This document shows positions 11,916 to 24,476 of a stretch of 64,000 nucleotides of DNA, piece after piece. The stretch covers positions 168,578,001 through 168,642,000 of the forward strand of contig NC_091283.1 in the NCBI RefSeq assembly GCF_032444005.1, in the 5' to 3' direction. Position numbers and translations under genes: made by a program. The first letter of the stretch is position 1. Each line of letters starts with the position of its first letter. This stretch comes from Ranitomeya imitator. Taxonomy: Eukaryota. Under the pieces are notes generated by a model. It was given only the letters and a program-made list of their open reading frames with translations, searched no databases and was not told the DNA's origin.

Positions 11916-14496
11916 GAAGCCATGTGCTTTCTTTTCTAGAAAGTTTTCGCCTGCTGAGCGCAATTATGATGTTGGTAATCGAGAGTTGTTGGCCATGTAG
12001 TGGGCATTCGAGGAGTGGCGTCATTGGCTTGAAGGAGCCAAGCATCGCGTGGTGGTCTTGACAGATCACAAGAATTTGACTTATCTTGAGTCTGCCAAAC
12101 GGTTGAATCCGAGACAGGCTCGATGGTCGTTATTTTTCTCCCGTTTTGATTTTGTGGTTTCGTACCTTCCGGGCTCTAAGAATGTGAAGGCTGATGCCCT
12201 GTCAAGGAGTTTTGTGCCTGACTCTCTGGGTGTTCCTGAGCCGGCGGGTATTCTCAAAGAGGGGGTAATTTTGTCTGCCATCTCCCCTTATTTGCGGCAG
12301 GTGCTGCAAAAATTTCAGGCTGATAGACCTGACCGTTGCCCAGCAGAGAAACTGTTTGTCCCTGATAGATGGACTAGTAGAGTTATCTCTGAGACTTATT
12401 GTTCAGTGTTGGCTGGGCATCCTGGAATCTTTGGTACCAGAGATTTGGTGGCTAGATCCTTTTGGTGGCCGTCTTTGTCACGGGATGTGCGTTCTTTTGT
12501 GCAGTCCTGTGGGACTTGTGCTCGGGCTAAGCCCTGCTGTTCTCGTGCCAGTGGGTTGCTTTTGCCCTTGCCGGTCCCGAAGAGGCCCTGGACGCATATT
12601 TCTATGGATTTTATTTCGGATCTCCCCGTCTCTCAAAAGATGTAGGTCATTTGGGTGGTTTGTGATCGCTTTTCTAAGATGGTCCATTTGGTACCTTTGT
12701 CTAAATTGCCTTCCTCCTCTGATTTGGTGCCATTATTTTTCCAGCATGTGGTTCGTTTACATGGTATCCCGGAGAACATCGTTTCTGACAGAGGTTCCCA
12801 GTTTGTTTCGAGGTTTTGGCGATCTTTTTGTGCTAGGATGGGCATTGATTTGTCTTTTTCCTCGGCTTTCCATCCTCAGACAAATGGCCAAACCGAACGA
12901 ACTAATCAGACTTTGGAAACATATCTGAGATGCTTTGTTTCTGCTGATCAGGATGATTGGGTGTCCTTTTTGCCGTTGGCTGAGTTCGCCCTTAATAATC
13001 GGGCCAGCTCGGCTACTTTGGTTTCGCCGTTTTTCTGCAATTCTGGTTTCCATCCGCGTTTCTCTTCAGGGCAGGTTGAGTCTTCGGACTGTCCTGGTGT
13101 AGATACTGTGGTGGATAGGTTGCAGCAGATTTGGACTCATGTAGTGGACAATTTGACATTGTCCCAGGAGAAGGCTCAACGTTTCGCCAACCGCCGGCGT
13201 TGTGTGGGTCCCCGACTTAGTGTTGGGGGATTTGGTTTGGTTGTCGTCTCGTTATGTTCCTATGAAGGTTTCCTCTCCTAAGTTTAAGCCTCGTTTCATT
13301 GGTCCGTATAAGATTTCTGAGGTTATCAATCCTGTGTCATTTCGTTTCGCCCTTCCTGCTTCTTTTGCCATCCATAATGTGTTCCATAGGTCGTTGTTGC
13401 GGAGATACGTGGCGCCTGTGGTTCCATCCGTTGATCCTCCTGCCCCGGTGTTGGTTGAGGGGGAGTTAGAGTATGTGGTGGAGAAGATTTTGGATTCTTG
13501 TATTTCGAGACGGAATCTCCAGTACCTGGTCAAGTGGAAGGGTTATGGTCAGGAAGATAATTCCTGGGTTTTTGCCTCTGATGTTCATGCTGCCGATCTG
13601 GTTCGTGCCTTTCATTTGGCTCGGCCTGGTCGGCCTGGGGGCTCTGGTGAGGGTTCGGTGACCCCTCTTCAAGGGGGGGGTACTGTTGTGAATTCTGTTG
13701 TCGGGCTCCCTCCTGTGGTCATGAATGGTACTTCGGCTGGTTCTGTACATGGACTTTCTCTGGTGGCTGTGGGTGTTTCTGAGTTTCCTTCCACAGGTGA
13801 CAATGTTAATTCGTTAGCTGGCTCCTCTATTTAACTCCACTTAGATCTTTGCTCCATGCCACCTGTCAATGTTCCAGTATTGGTCTAGTTCACTCCTGGA
13901 TCGTTCTTATGACCTGTCTTCCCAGCAGAAGCTAAGTGACTGCTTGTTTTTCTCTGGTTTGCTATTTATCTGTCCAGCTTGCTATTTGGATTGTTGTCTT
14001 GCTTGCTGGAAACTCTGGGACGCAGAGGGAGCGCCTCCGCACCGTGAGTCGGTGCAGAGGGTCTTTTTGCGCCCTCTGCATGGTCTTTTTGTAGGTTTTT
14101 GTGCTGACCGCAAAGCTACCTTTCCTATCCTCAGTCTGTTCAGTAAGTCGGGCCTCACTTTGCTTAATCTATTTCATCTCTGTGTTTGTATTTTCATCTT
14201 TACTCACAGTCATTATATGTGGGGGGCTGCCTTTTCCTTTGGGGAATTTCTCTGAGGCAAGGTAGGCTTTATTTTTCTTTCTTTAGGGCTAGCTAGTTCC
14301 TTAGGCTGTGCCGAGTTGTATAGGGAGCGTTAGGAGCAATCCACGGCTATTTCTAGTGTGGTTGATAGGATTAGGGATTGCGGTCAGCAGAGTTCCCACG
14401 TCCCAGAGCTCGTCCTATATTATCAGTAACTATCAGGTCATTTCGTGTGCTCTTAACCACCAGGTCCATTATTGTCCTGACCACCAGGTCATAACA

Positions 14497-17400
14497 CATT
14501 ATACTTTATGGAGGACTATGGGCGTGAATTATACTTTATGAAGGACTGTGGGCGTGAATTATACCTTATGGATGACTATGGGCCATGCATTTTACTTTAT
14601 GGATGACTATGGGCTGTGCATTATACTTTATGGATGACCATGAGGTGCATTATACTTTATGGAGGACTATGGGCTGTGCATTATACTTTATGGATGATCA
14701 TGAGGTGCATTATACTATATGGTGGACTGTGGGCTGTGCATTATACTTTATGGATGACTATGGGCGTGAATTATACTTTATGGTGGTCTATGGGCTGTGC
14801 ATTATACTTTATGGATGACTATGGGTGTGAATTATACTTTATGAAGGACTGTGGGCTGTGCATTATACTTTATGGAGGACTATGGGCTGTGCATTATACT
14901 TTATGGAGGACTATGGGCTGTGCATTATACTTTATGGAGGACTATGGGCTGTGCATTATACTTTATGGATGACTATGAGCTGTGCATTAAACTTCATGGA
15001 AGACTATGGGCTGTGCATTATACTTTATTGATGATTATGGGCTGTGCATTATACTTTATGGAGGACTATTGGCTGTGCATTTTACTTTATGGATGACTAT
15101 GGGCTGTGCATTATACTTTATGGAGGACTATGGGCTGTGCGTTATACTTTATGGATGATCATGAGGTGCATTATACTATATGGTGGACTATGGGCTGTGC
15201 ATTATACTTTATGGATGACTATGGGCGTGAATTATACTTTATGAAGAACTATGGGCTGTGCATTATACTTTATGGATGACTATGGGCTGTGCATTATACT
15301 TTATGGAGGACTATGGGCTGTGCATTTTACTTTATGGATGACTATGGGCTGTGCATTATACTTTATGGAGGACTATGGGCTGTGCATTTTACTTTATGGA
15401 TGACTATGGGCTGTGCATTATACTTTATGGATGACTATGGGCTGTGCATTTTACTTTATGGATGACTATGGGCTGTGCATTATACTTTATACTTTATGAA
15501 TGATCATGAGGTGCATTATACTTTATGGAGGACTATGGGCTTTGCATTATACTTTATGGATGACTATGGGCGTGAATTATACTTTATGAAGGACTGTGGG
15601 CTGTGCTGTGCATTATACTTTATGGAGGACTATGGGCTGTGCATTATACTTTATGGATGATCATGAGGTGCATTATACTTTATGGAGGACTATGGGCTGT
15701 GCATTATACTTTATGGAGGACTATTTTCTGTGCATTTTACTTTATGGATGACTATGGGCTGTGCATTATACTTTAAGGATGACCATGAGGTGCATTATAC
15801 TTTATGGGGGACTATGGGTTGTGCATTATACTTTATGGAGGACTATGTGCAGTGCATTACACGTTATGGAGGACTATGGGCTGTGCATTATACTTTATGG
15901 ATGATCATGAGGTGCATTATACTATATGGTGGACTATGGGCTGTGCATTATACTTTATGGATGACTATGGGCGTGAATTATACGTTATGAAGAACTATGG
16001 GCTGTGCATTATACTTTATGGATGACTATGGGCTGTGCATTATACTTTATGGAGGACTATGGGCTGTGCATTTTACTTTATGGATGACTATGAGCTGTGC
16101 ATTATACTTCATGGAAGACTATGGGCTGTGCATTATACTTTATTGATGATTATTGGCTGTGCATTATACTTTATGGAGGACTATTGGCTGTGCATTTTAC
16201 TTTATGGATGACTATGGGCTGTGCATTATACTTTATGGAGGACTATGGGCTGTGCGTTATACTTTATGGATGATCATGAGGTGCATTATACTATATGGTG
16301 GACTATGGGCTGTGCATTATACTTTATGGATGACTATGGGCGTGAATTATACTTTATGAAGAACTATGGGCTGTGCATTATACTTTATGGATGACTATGG
16401 GCTGTGCATTATACTTTATGGAGGACTATGGGCTGTGCATTTTACTTTATGGATGACTATGGGCTGTGCATTATACTTTATGGAGGACTATGGGCTGTGC
16501 ATTTTACTTTATGGATGACTATGGGCTGTGCATTATACTTTATGGATGACTATGGGCTGTGCATTTTACTTTATGGATGACTATGGGCTGTGCATTATAC
16601 TTTATACTTTATGAATGATCATGAGGTGCATCATACTTTATGGAGGACTATGGGCTTTGCATTATACTTTATGGATGACTATGGGCGTGAATTATACTTT
16701 ATGAAGGACTGTGGGCTGTGCTGTGCATTATACTTTATGGAGGACTATGGGCTGTGCATTATACTTTATGGATGATCATGAGGTGCATTATACTTTATGG
16801 AGGACTATGGGCTGTGCATTATACTTTATGGAGGACTATTGACTGTGCATTTTACTTTATGGATGACTATGGGCTGTGCATTATACTTTAAGGATGACCA
16901 TGAGGTGCATTATACTTTATGGGGGACTATGGGTTGTGCATTATACTTTATGGAGGACTATGTGCAGTGCATTACACTTTATGGAGGACTATGGGCTGTG
17001 CATTATACTTTATTGATGATCATGAGGTGCATTATACTATATGGTGGACTATGGGCTGTGCATTATACTTTATGGATGACTATGGGCGTGAATTATACTT
17101 TATGAAGAACTATGGGCTGTGCATTATATTTTATGGATGACTATGGGCTGTGCATTATACTTTATGGAGGACTATGGGCTGTGCATTTTACTTTATGGAT
17201 GACTATGGGCTGTGCATTATACTTTATGGAGGACTATGGGCTGTGCATTTTACTTTATGGATGACTATGGGCTGTGCATTATACTTTATGGATGACTATG
17301 GGCTGTGCATTATACTTTATGGAGGACTATGGGCTGTGCATTTTACTTTATGGATGACTATGGGCTGTGCATTATACTTTATACTTTATGGATGATCATA

Positions 17401-17791
17401 AGGTGCATTATACTTTATGGAGGACTATGGGCTGTGCATTATACTTTATGGATGACTATGGGCGTGAATTATACTTTATGAAGGACTGTGGGCTGTGCTG
17501 TGCATTATACTTTATGGAGGACTATGGGCTGTGCATTATACTTTATGGATGATCATGAGGTGCATTATACTTTATGGTAGACTATGGGCTGTGCATTATA
17601 CTTTATGGAGGACTATTGACTGTGCATTTTACTTTATGGATGACTATGGGCTGTGCATTATACTTTATGGATGACCATGAGGTGCATTATACTTTATGGG
17701 GGACTATGGGCTGTGCATTATACTTTATGGAGGACTATGTGCAGTGCATTACACTTTATGGAGGACTATCGACTGTGCATTATACTATATG
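14497..17791. repeat. 31-bp minisatellite (CTATGGGCTGTGCATTATACTTTATGGAGGA)n with higher-order blocks
   Basis: Direct reading of about 105 units. Variant-unit patterns recur at offsets of 1115 and 777 bp. The array resumes at 19556-19640. Confidence 0.95.
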
Positions 17792-18923
17792 TTTTTCACT
17801 AATTTCCAATCCCATCAGGATAGAAATATAGAAGAGATCCTTTGTTTAAAAATAAAATTTTATTTGAATCAATGTTAAAATACAACAATAGCAAGAGTAT
17901 GTCACAGAAAGGGACATCACCAGGATCCAGATATGTTACAACAATTATAACCAAGAAAAACCATCAGTTAACATTTTAATATTGGAGATATTGCATATAT
18001 ATTAATATGCCAGAGAAACAAATAAATAAATTCCACTTAATAATAACTTCACCATAATCAGTGTTATATAGTAATGCTCTGCTTCTTCAATCCATATATA
18101 TTAATATGCCAAAGAAAGAAATAAATAAATACCACTTAATAATAACATCACCATAATCAGTGTTATATAATAATGCTCTACTTCTTCAATCTATGACAAA
18201 TATCAGAAAGATGTAATTATTGTCTATATGTACCCAGACAATAAATAGGCATAAAGTTTTCTCCAATATATATAATCTTTTATTGCACTATATGTCCGCA
18301 GCCTAGTTTTAAGTATATGGTGATACTATAACGCTAGAGGGGTGGTAAAGAAGAAATTTATCTAACATGTGAATTACTAAAATGGAGGTATATATAGAAC
18401 CAAGCGCAACAGTATATAGGGATATAATACAATAAAGTGATCCAAATAAGGGGAAGTCCCTATTGGAAAGTTATATACCCCATTTCAACTTGTAATTCCA
18501 TAGCTGCCTTTTAAATGGCTGAGTCACATAGCAATTGCTACTATACAAAGAGTGCCGTGTTGATATATTTCTAGATCCTATTTCAGTCAATGGTCTATCA
18601 AGGTGCAGTGCGGAAAAAAGTGCATTAGTGCCAATACCTGTGAGGCTGGTATGCTCGTGCTGTCCTGGGTCTGCAATGGCGATGTTCCTTCACACCGACG
18701 CGCGTTTCGCCGGGTCGGGGGCGGAAGAAGCTGGCGGGTGATGTCCCTTTCTGTGACATACTCTTGCTATTGTTGTATTTTAAAATTGATTCAAATAAAA
18801 TTTTATTTTTTAACAAAGGATCTCTTGTATATTTCTATCCTGATGGGATTGGAAATTAGTGAAAATTATGATGAATGAAGTGCCTTTATTTAGGATATTA
18901 GTTGGACTCTATTGGTTAAACTA
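17792..18923. mobile_element. AT-rich insertion with a 129-bp inverted duplication; Penelope-like fragment (tentative)
   Basis: 17793-17921 is the reverse complement of 18737-18865. ATTATACTATATG flanks both sides (17779-17791, 18924-18936). Internal 99-bp tandem duplication (17994/18093). GAAACGCGCGTCGG motif on the minus strand near 18700. The family assignment is inference. Confidence 0.5.
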
Positions 18924-18936
18924 ATTATACTATATG

Positions 18937-19555
18937 TGTCATGATTCATTATGGGACTCTTGGCAGCTCAGGTTTTGCTGTAATTTAGATGTTATTATTT
19001 TTTTTTGGTCCAGCAAAAGTTAATGTCTTTCTCTTGTCTGTTTGTTTAAGTAGGTCAGCTGATATTGGTTGGTAACCACTCTCGCCATCCTTTAGTCACA
19101 TGACCCATCAGCTGATTGTTGGTAATAGAGTTACTTCTTTGCAAACCAGCAAGGGGTTTGGAGCTCTCCTGTTTCAGTGGTGGTGTTGCTGCTGTGGGAG
19201 TTCAGATTCCTGGTGCTGTATTTTCTGCTGCTTTCGAGCTTAGCAGCAGACCCTGAAGCTGAGTATTTCTTCCTTTTTCTTTGTTTGTCCCGTGTTTGTC
19301 ACTTCCCCTTTGTGTTTCCATCTGCAGTGCAATAGCGAGGGTACATTGAAGTGACAATCCGGGACTACGCACGTGAGGTCGGTGGGGGGAAGGACCCGCA
19401 TAGGGCATTAGGGGAGATTAAGGACAGGCACAGGTTGGTGTCAGGAGGTATCCCATCCCTTGCTCCCTACCATTAGGGCCTTCCTCTCCCTTTTCCATCC
19501 CGTCGTTTTTGTGTGCTGTATCGTCCACTGGACTTATCCGTGTCTGAGCGTGACA
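18937..19555. mobile_element. Solo LTR of a second LTR family (619 bp) with 5-bp TSD ATATG
   Basis: TGTCA...TGACA termini. ATATG at 18932-18936 and 19556-19560. Removal restores a minisatellite unit. Confidence 0.82.
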
Positions 19556-19734
19556 ATATGGAAAACTATGGGCTGTGCAGTATATTATATAGAGGACTAT
19601 GGAATGCCTTATGCTATATGGAGGACTTTGAGGAGTGTATTATACTTATGCTACGTGGTCCCATGATGCCCGTGGTGATTATAATGGTTTATTTTTTTCT
19701 ATGCATTAAAGAACAGCAGCACAACGTGGGACAT

Positions 19735-19885
19735 TTACCTGGATGGGGGATAGATACACCAGGATGGGGAATATATGTACCTGGATGAGGGACATATACA
19801 CCAGGATGAGGGACATACACACAAGGATAAGGGACATATACACCAGGATAAGGGACATATACACCAGGATGAGGGACATATACAC
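19735..19885. repeat. 21-bp tandem repeat (ACATATACACCAGGATGAGGG)n
   Basis: About 7 copies read directly. Confidence 0.85.
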
Positions 19886-19894
19886 CCTGTCCAA

Positions 19895-19934
19895 ATCTTG
19901 CACTGGGGCCCATCAGACTCTAGTTACACCACTG
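19895..19934 (-). mobile_element. Probable right terminus of a satellite-bearing non-autonomous hAT-like element
   Basis: The end reads CAGTGGTGTAACTAG on the minus strand, preceded by GGGGCCC. This resembles frog hAT-type termini. The partner end is not in the window. Confidence 0.45.
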
Positions 19935-19967
19935 GATTTATGTATTAGTATGGATGCATGTAATTAC

Positions 19968-20230
19968 TAGTGATGAGCGAACATGCTCTGATAAGGTGTT
20001 ATCCGAGCATGCTCGTGTGCCAACTGAGTGTCTTCGGATTGCTCGAAAAGCTGCACAGGGACCCGGAGGTTGAGGGGGAGCCATGCCCGAGGTTTCCGTG
20101 CGGTCCATGGCCAGATTGCCCTTATGTGTGGCGGGCTGGGGGCGATCCCTGCAGCTCCAATGCCTACAGGAGAAAATGGCATTGGAGTTTCAGGGGACCG
20201 TCCTGTATCCTAGCTGGAGCTTTCTGTCTG
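19968..20230. mobile_element. Left part of a TAGTGATGAGCG-type hAT/MITE-like repeat
   Basis: Starts with TAGTGATGAGCGAAC. The matching right end was not found. Confidence 0.35.
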
Positions 20231-20239
20231 ACATAGACG

Positions 20240-20920
20240 CACGCAGATGGATGACGTCAACAAGCAGCAGGAGGTGGGAGAGAAAGCAACGATGGAAGTG
20301 GGTGCAAAGGAAATTATGGAGGTGGGGAGAAGGCAAGGATGGAGGCGGGGAGAAGGCAAGGATGAAGATGGTGAGAAGGCAATAATGGAAGTAGGGGAGG
20401 ACATTGATGGAGGTGGAGGAGAACAATGATGTGGGTGGGGGAGAGGACAATGATGGAGGTGGGGAGAAGGCAATGATTGAGGTGGGGAGAAGACAATGAT
20501 GGAGGTGAGGGAGGACAATGATGGAGGAGGAGAACAATGATGTGGGTGGTGAAGAGGACAATGATGGCGGTGGGGGAGAGGACAATGATGGAGGTGGGGG
20601 AGAGATCAATGATGGAGGTAAGGGAGAGGACAATTATGGAGGTGGGGAGAAGGCAATGATGGAGGTTGGGAGAAGGCAATGATAGAGGTGGGGGAGAAGG
20701 CAAGGATGGAGGTGGGGGAGAAAGCAATGATGGAGGTGGGAAGGACAATGATGAGATGGAGGAGAACAATGATGTGGGTGGTGGAGAGGACAATGATGGA
20801 GGTCGAGGAGAACAATGATGTGGGTGGAGGAGAGGGAAATGATGGAGGTGGGAGAGGACAATGATGGAGGAAGGGTACTTATAATGGAGTTATGAACATG
20901 GGGAGGGGGAGGAGGATGTT
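20240..20920. repeat. Degenerate purine-rich ~23-bp repeat (AGGACAATGATGGAGGTGGGGAG)n
   Basis: Direct reading. It explains the low-complexity PPPSLSS-type ORFs on the minus strand. Confidence 0.85.
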
Positions 20921-21745
20921 TGTTGTGAATTCTGTTGTCGAGCTCCCTCCTGTGGTCATGGATGGTACTTCGGCTGGTTCTGTCCATGGGCTTCCTCTGG
21001 TGGTTGTGAGGGGGCTGTGGCTTCTGAGTTTCCTTCCACAGGTGACGAGGTTAATTCGTTAGCTGGCTGCTCTATTTAACTACACTTAGATCATTGCTCC
21101 ATGCCACCTGTCAATGTTCTAGTATTGGTCTAGTCCGCTCCTGGATCGTTCTGGTGACCTGTATTCTCCAGCAGAAGCTAAGTTCCTGCTTGTTTTTCTC
21201 TTGTTTGCTATTTTTCTGTCCAGCTTGCTATTTTTATTTTATTTTTGTCTTGCTTGCTGGAAGCTCTGGGACGCAGAGGGAGCGCCTCCGCACCATGAGT
21301 CGGTGCAGAGGGTCTTTTGCTCCCTCTGCGTGGTTTTTTTGTAGTTTTTGTGCTGACCGCAAAGTTACCTTTCCTATCCTCTGTCTGTTCAGTAAGTCGG
21401 GCCTCTCTTTGCTAAATCTATTTCATCTCTGTGTTTGTGATTTTCATCTTTACTCACAGTCATTATATGTGGGGGGCTGCCTTTTCCTTTGGGGAATTTC
21501 TCTGAGGCAAGGTAGGCTTTATTTTTCTATCTTTAGGGCTAGCTAGTTCCTTAGGCTGTGACGAGTTGCATAGGGAGCGTTAGGAGCAATCCACGGCTAT
21601 TTCTAGTGTGTGTGATAGGATTAGGGATTGCGGTCAGCAGAGTTCCCACGTCCCTGAGCTTGTCCTGTATTATTGTAACTATCAGGTCTTTCCGTGTGCT
21701 CTTAACCACCAGGTCCACATTTGTCCTAACCACCAGGTCATAACA
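20921..21745 (+). mobile_element. Solo LTR (D-type, 825 bp) with 6-bp TSD GATGTT
   Basis: TGTTGTG...CATAACA. GATGTT at 20915-20920 and 21746-21751. Closely similar to LTR 13684-14496. Confidence 0.93.
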
Positions 21746-22319
21746 GATGTTAGATATGGATGTAGAATGAATTGGGTGGTGGAGGAGGGTTCTAAGCCCC
21801 TGATAGCCTCCTCCCCCATCTTACAATTCATTATGGCACTAAAACAGACTTAAAATTTATGTATTGGGGATTGGGAGAAGAGGAGGTAAGGTGCATTGGA
21901 CACTTTATAATGAATTGAAAGGTGGGAGAGGACGCTGTCAGGGACTTGTAATGAATTGAGAGGGGGCGGAGGATGCTCAGTACCTGATGGTGTCTTCTCC
22001 AACCCCTAAATTCATTATGATGCTAATAAGTACTTATAATGAATGTGGGGGGGGGGGGGGAAGACACAGGACAGGGACTAAGGCTATGTGCACACGTTCA
22101 GGATTTGCAGGAGAAAATTCTACTGCATGTCCTAAAGTGTTGGCAGGAAGAATGCTGTGTAAAATGCATTTATTTTTTGCCACGTTTTTACCCCCACTCA
22201 TTAATGTGGATAAAAAATGCTGCAAGAATTTACATTCAGGTGCGTCACAGGAAGTTTTGAACTGTGGAAGGAAAAAATAAACATTTACTTTTCTTTCACA
22301 AAAATGTTCCTTTAGACCT

Positions 22320-23340
22320 AATTTTTTTACTTTTGCAATGATAGGAGAAAATGGAACATGAAATTTGTTGTACAATTTCTCCTGAGCATGCCGATACCCC
22401 ATATGTGGGGAAAATCTACCGTTTGGGCGCACGGCAGGGCTCGGAAGGGAAGGAGCGCCATTTCACTTTTTGAATTTAAAATTTGTTGGCATAATTCGTG
22501 GATGCCATGTCATGTTTGGAGAACCCTGATGTGCATAGACTTTGGAAACCCCCAACAAGTCACACCATTTTGGAAACTAAACCCCTTAGGGAACTCATCT
22601 AGATGTGTATTGAGCATCTTGAACCCACAGGTGCTTCACTAAAGTTTATAACGTAGAGTTGTGAAAACAAAAAAAATCACAATTTTCCTGCAAACATAAT
22701 TTTTAGCTCCAAATTTTGTATTTTCACAGGGTAATGAGAGAAATGGACCTCAAAATTTGTTTTGCAATTTCTCCTGAGTTCACCAATACCCCATATGTGG
22801 TCAAAAACTACTTTTGAGGCACAGTGCAAAGCTCAGAAGGGAAGATTTTGCTGCACTTGTTTGAGGGTGCCATGTTACATTGGCAGAGCCCCTGAGGTGC
22901 CAGAACAGCAGAACCCCCCATAAGAGACCCAATTTTACCAATTAAACCTCTCAATTAATTCATCTAGGGGGGCAGTGATTATATTGACACCATAGGTGTG
23001 TCACAGACTTTTATAAGATTGGGCAGTGAAGAAAAAATAATTAACATTTTTGCAGCTAAGATTGTGTGTTAATCCAAAGTTTTACATTTTCATACTGGGA
23101 ATTTTTCCCACAATTTCTACTGAATGTGGCTATACCCCATATGTGGCTGTACAGTACTACCAAGCCATACGGAGTGACTCGGGAGGGACGGAGCGCTATT
23201 TGTCTCCGGGAATGCAGATTTTCCTAGACTAGTTTGCGGACACCATATACAGAGCCCCTAAGTGCTAGAAAAGCAGAATCCCCCCTCAAGTGACCCGGTT
23301 TTCGAAATTATATCCCTTTGGGAACTTATCTACAAGTGTA
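22320..23340. repeat. Degenerate interspersed repeat with ~390-bp internal periodicity
   Basis: Motifs such as GAGAAAATGGA, CCCCATATGTGG and CCCCCAACAAGT recur near 22340, 22740 and 23100. Confidence 0.5.
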
Positions 23341-23463
23341 ACCAAGGACAAAGAGACTTACATATAAGCAGGGATCACCATAAAACAATTATTAAAAATG
23401 TTATTAGTACATTCAACACCACATATGAAATTTAAAAACATTTAAAAGGAAAGTTACATAATA

Positions 23464-24196
23464 CAGTTATATGAAAAAGTTTGGGCACCCCTATTAATCT
23501 TAAGCTTAATGTTTTATAAAAATTGTTTTTTGCAACAGCTATTTCAGTTTCATATATCTAATAACTGATGGACACAGTAATGTTTCTGCCTTGAAATGAG
23601 GTTTATTGTACTAACAGAAAATGTGCAATCTGCATTCAAACTAAATTTGACAGGTGCATAAGTATGGGCACCCTTATCATTTTCTTGTTTTAAATACTCC
23701 TACCTACTTTTTACTGACTTAGTAAAGCACTTTTTTTTGGTTTTCTAACCTCATTGAGCTATGAACTTCATAGCCAGGTGTATGCAATCATGAGAAAAGC
23801 TACTTAAAGTGGCCACTTGCAAGTTGTTCTCCTGTTTGAATCTCCTCTGAAGAGTGGCATCATGGGCTCCTCAAAACAACAGTCTAATGATCTGAAAACA
23901 AAGATTATTCAATATAGTTGTTCAGGGAAAGGATACAAAAAGCTGTCTCAGAGATTTAACCTGTGAATTTCCACTGTGAGGAACATAGTAAGGAAATGGA
24001 AGAACACAGGTACAGTTCTTGTTAAGGCCAGAAGTGGCAGGCCAAGAAAAACATCAGAAAGGCAGAGAAGAAGAATGGTGAGATCAGTCAAGGACAATCC
24101 TCAGACCACCTCCAGAGAGCTGCAGCATCAACTTGCTGCAGATGGTGTCACTGTGCATCGGTCAACTATACAACGCACTTTGCACAAGGAGAAACT
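23464..24196 (+). mobile_element. 5' fragment of a Tc1 transposon
   Basis: TA followed by the CAGTTATATGAAAAAGTTTGGGCACCCC terminus, an inner direct repeat (GGGCACCC), and a transposase paired-like N-terminus (ARSGRPRKTS...TTSRELQ). Truncated. Confidence 0.85.
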
Positions 24197-24437
24197 TAAA
24201 AAATGTGATCACATATACAGTATATCAGTACATAGCATCAAAAACTATACGTGAAATAAAGTGCATATGTTTAAAGGTGCACAGAAGGTTATATAAAGTA
24301 TATTTCAAAGTGCCATGTGCATGTGCATAAAATACTATATAGTATATATTTTAAAGTGCCATGTGCATGTGCACAAAAGAGGAAGACAATATTAGGGGGA
24401 TATAACTTTAAATGCCACCAAGATCTTGATACCGCGC

Positions 24438-24476
24438 ACCCTGACGCGAGTTTCGGAATGTAATTCCTTCGTCAGG
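24438..24476 (-). ncRNA. Minimal hammerhead-ribozyme-like motif (possibly degenerate)
   Basis: Minus strand CTGACGA-A-GGAAT(TAC)ATTCC-GAAAC-TCGC-GTC: conserved core, 5-bp stem II and a GUC triplet. Stem I pairing is poor. Confidence 0.35.

Larger units (their letters stand above)
4320..14496 (+). mobile_element. Gypsy element D (outer host of the nest): gag-pol remnant 4320-6102 and 11922-13683, 3' LTR 13684-14496
   Basis: Gag zinc knuckle CFYCGDSTHAISDC, protease FVDSGAA, RT, then RNase H resuming after element C, integrase and chromodomain. Multiple stops (4795, 5720, 11998, 12643) and frameshifts. The LTR end is followed by minisatellite (CATTAT...). Confidence 0.9.

Noticed and set aside
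1-14496. Tandem LTR/internal pattern as a collapsed or duplicated assembly artefact
   Set aside because: Each segment has distinct substitutions and LTR subtype, junctions fall exactly at LTR termini, and C has a perfect TSD.
14497-17791. CRISPR-like regular repeat appearance
   Set aside because: There are no unique spacers, the context is eukaryotic, and no cas genes are present. These are head-to-tail tandem repeats.
14308-17878. Many overlapping 60-128 aa ORFs (MDDYGLCIILYG..., HYTLW...)
   Set aside because: They are translations of the 31-bp satellite in all three frames, with no unique coding content.
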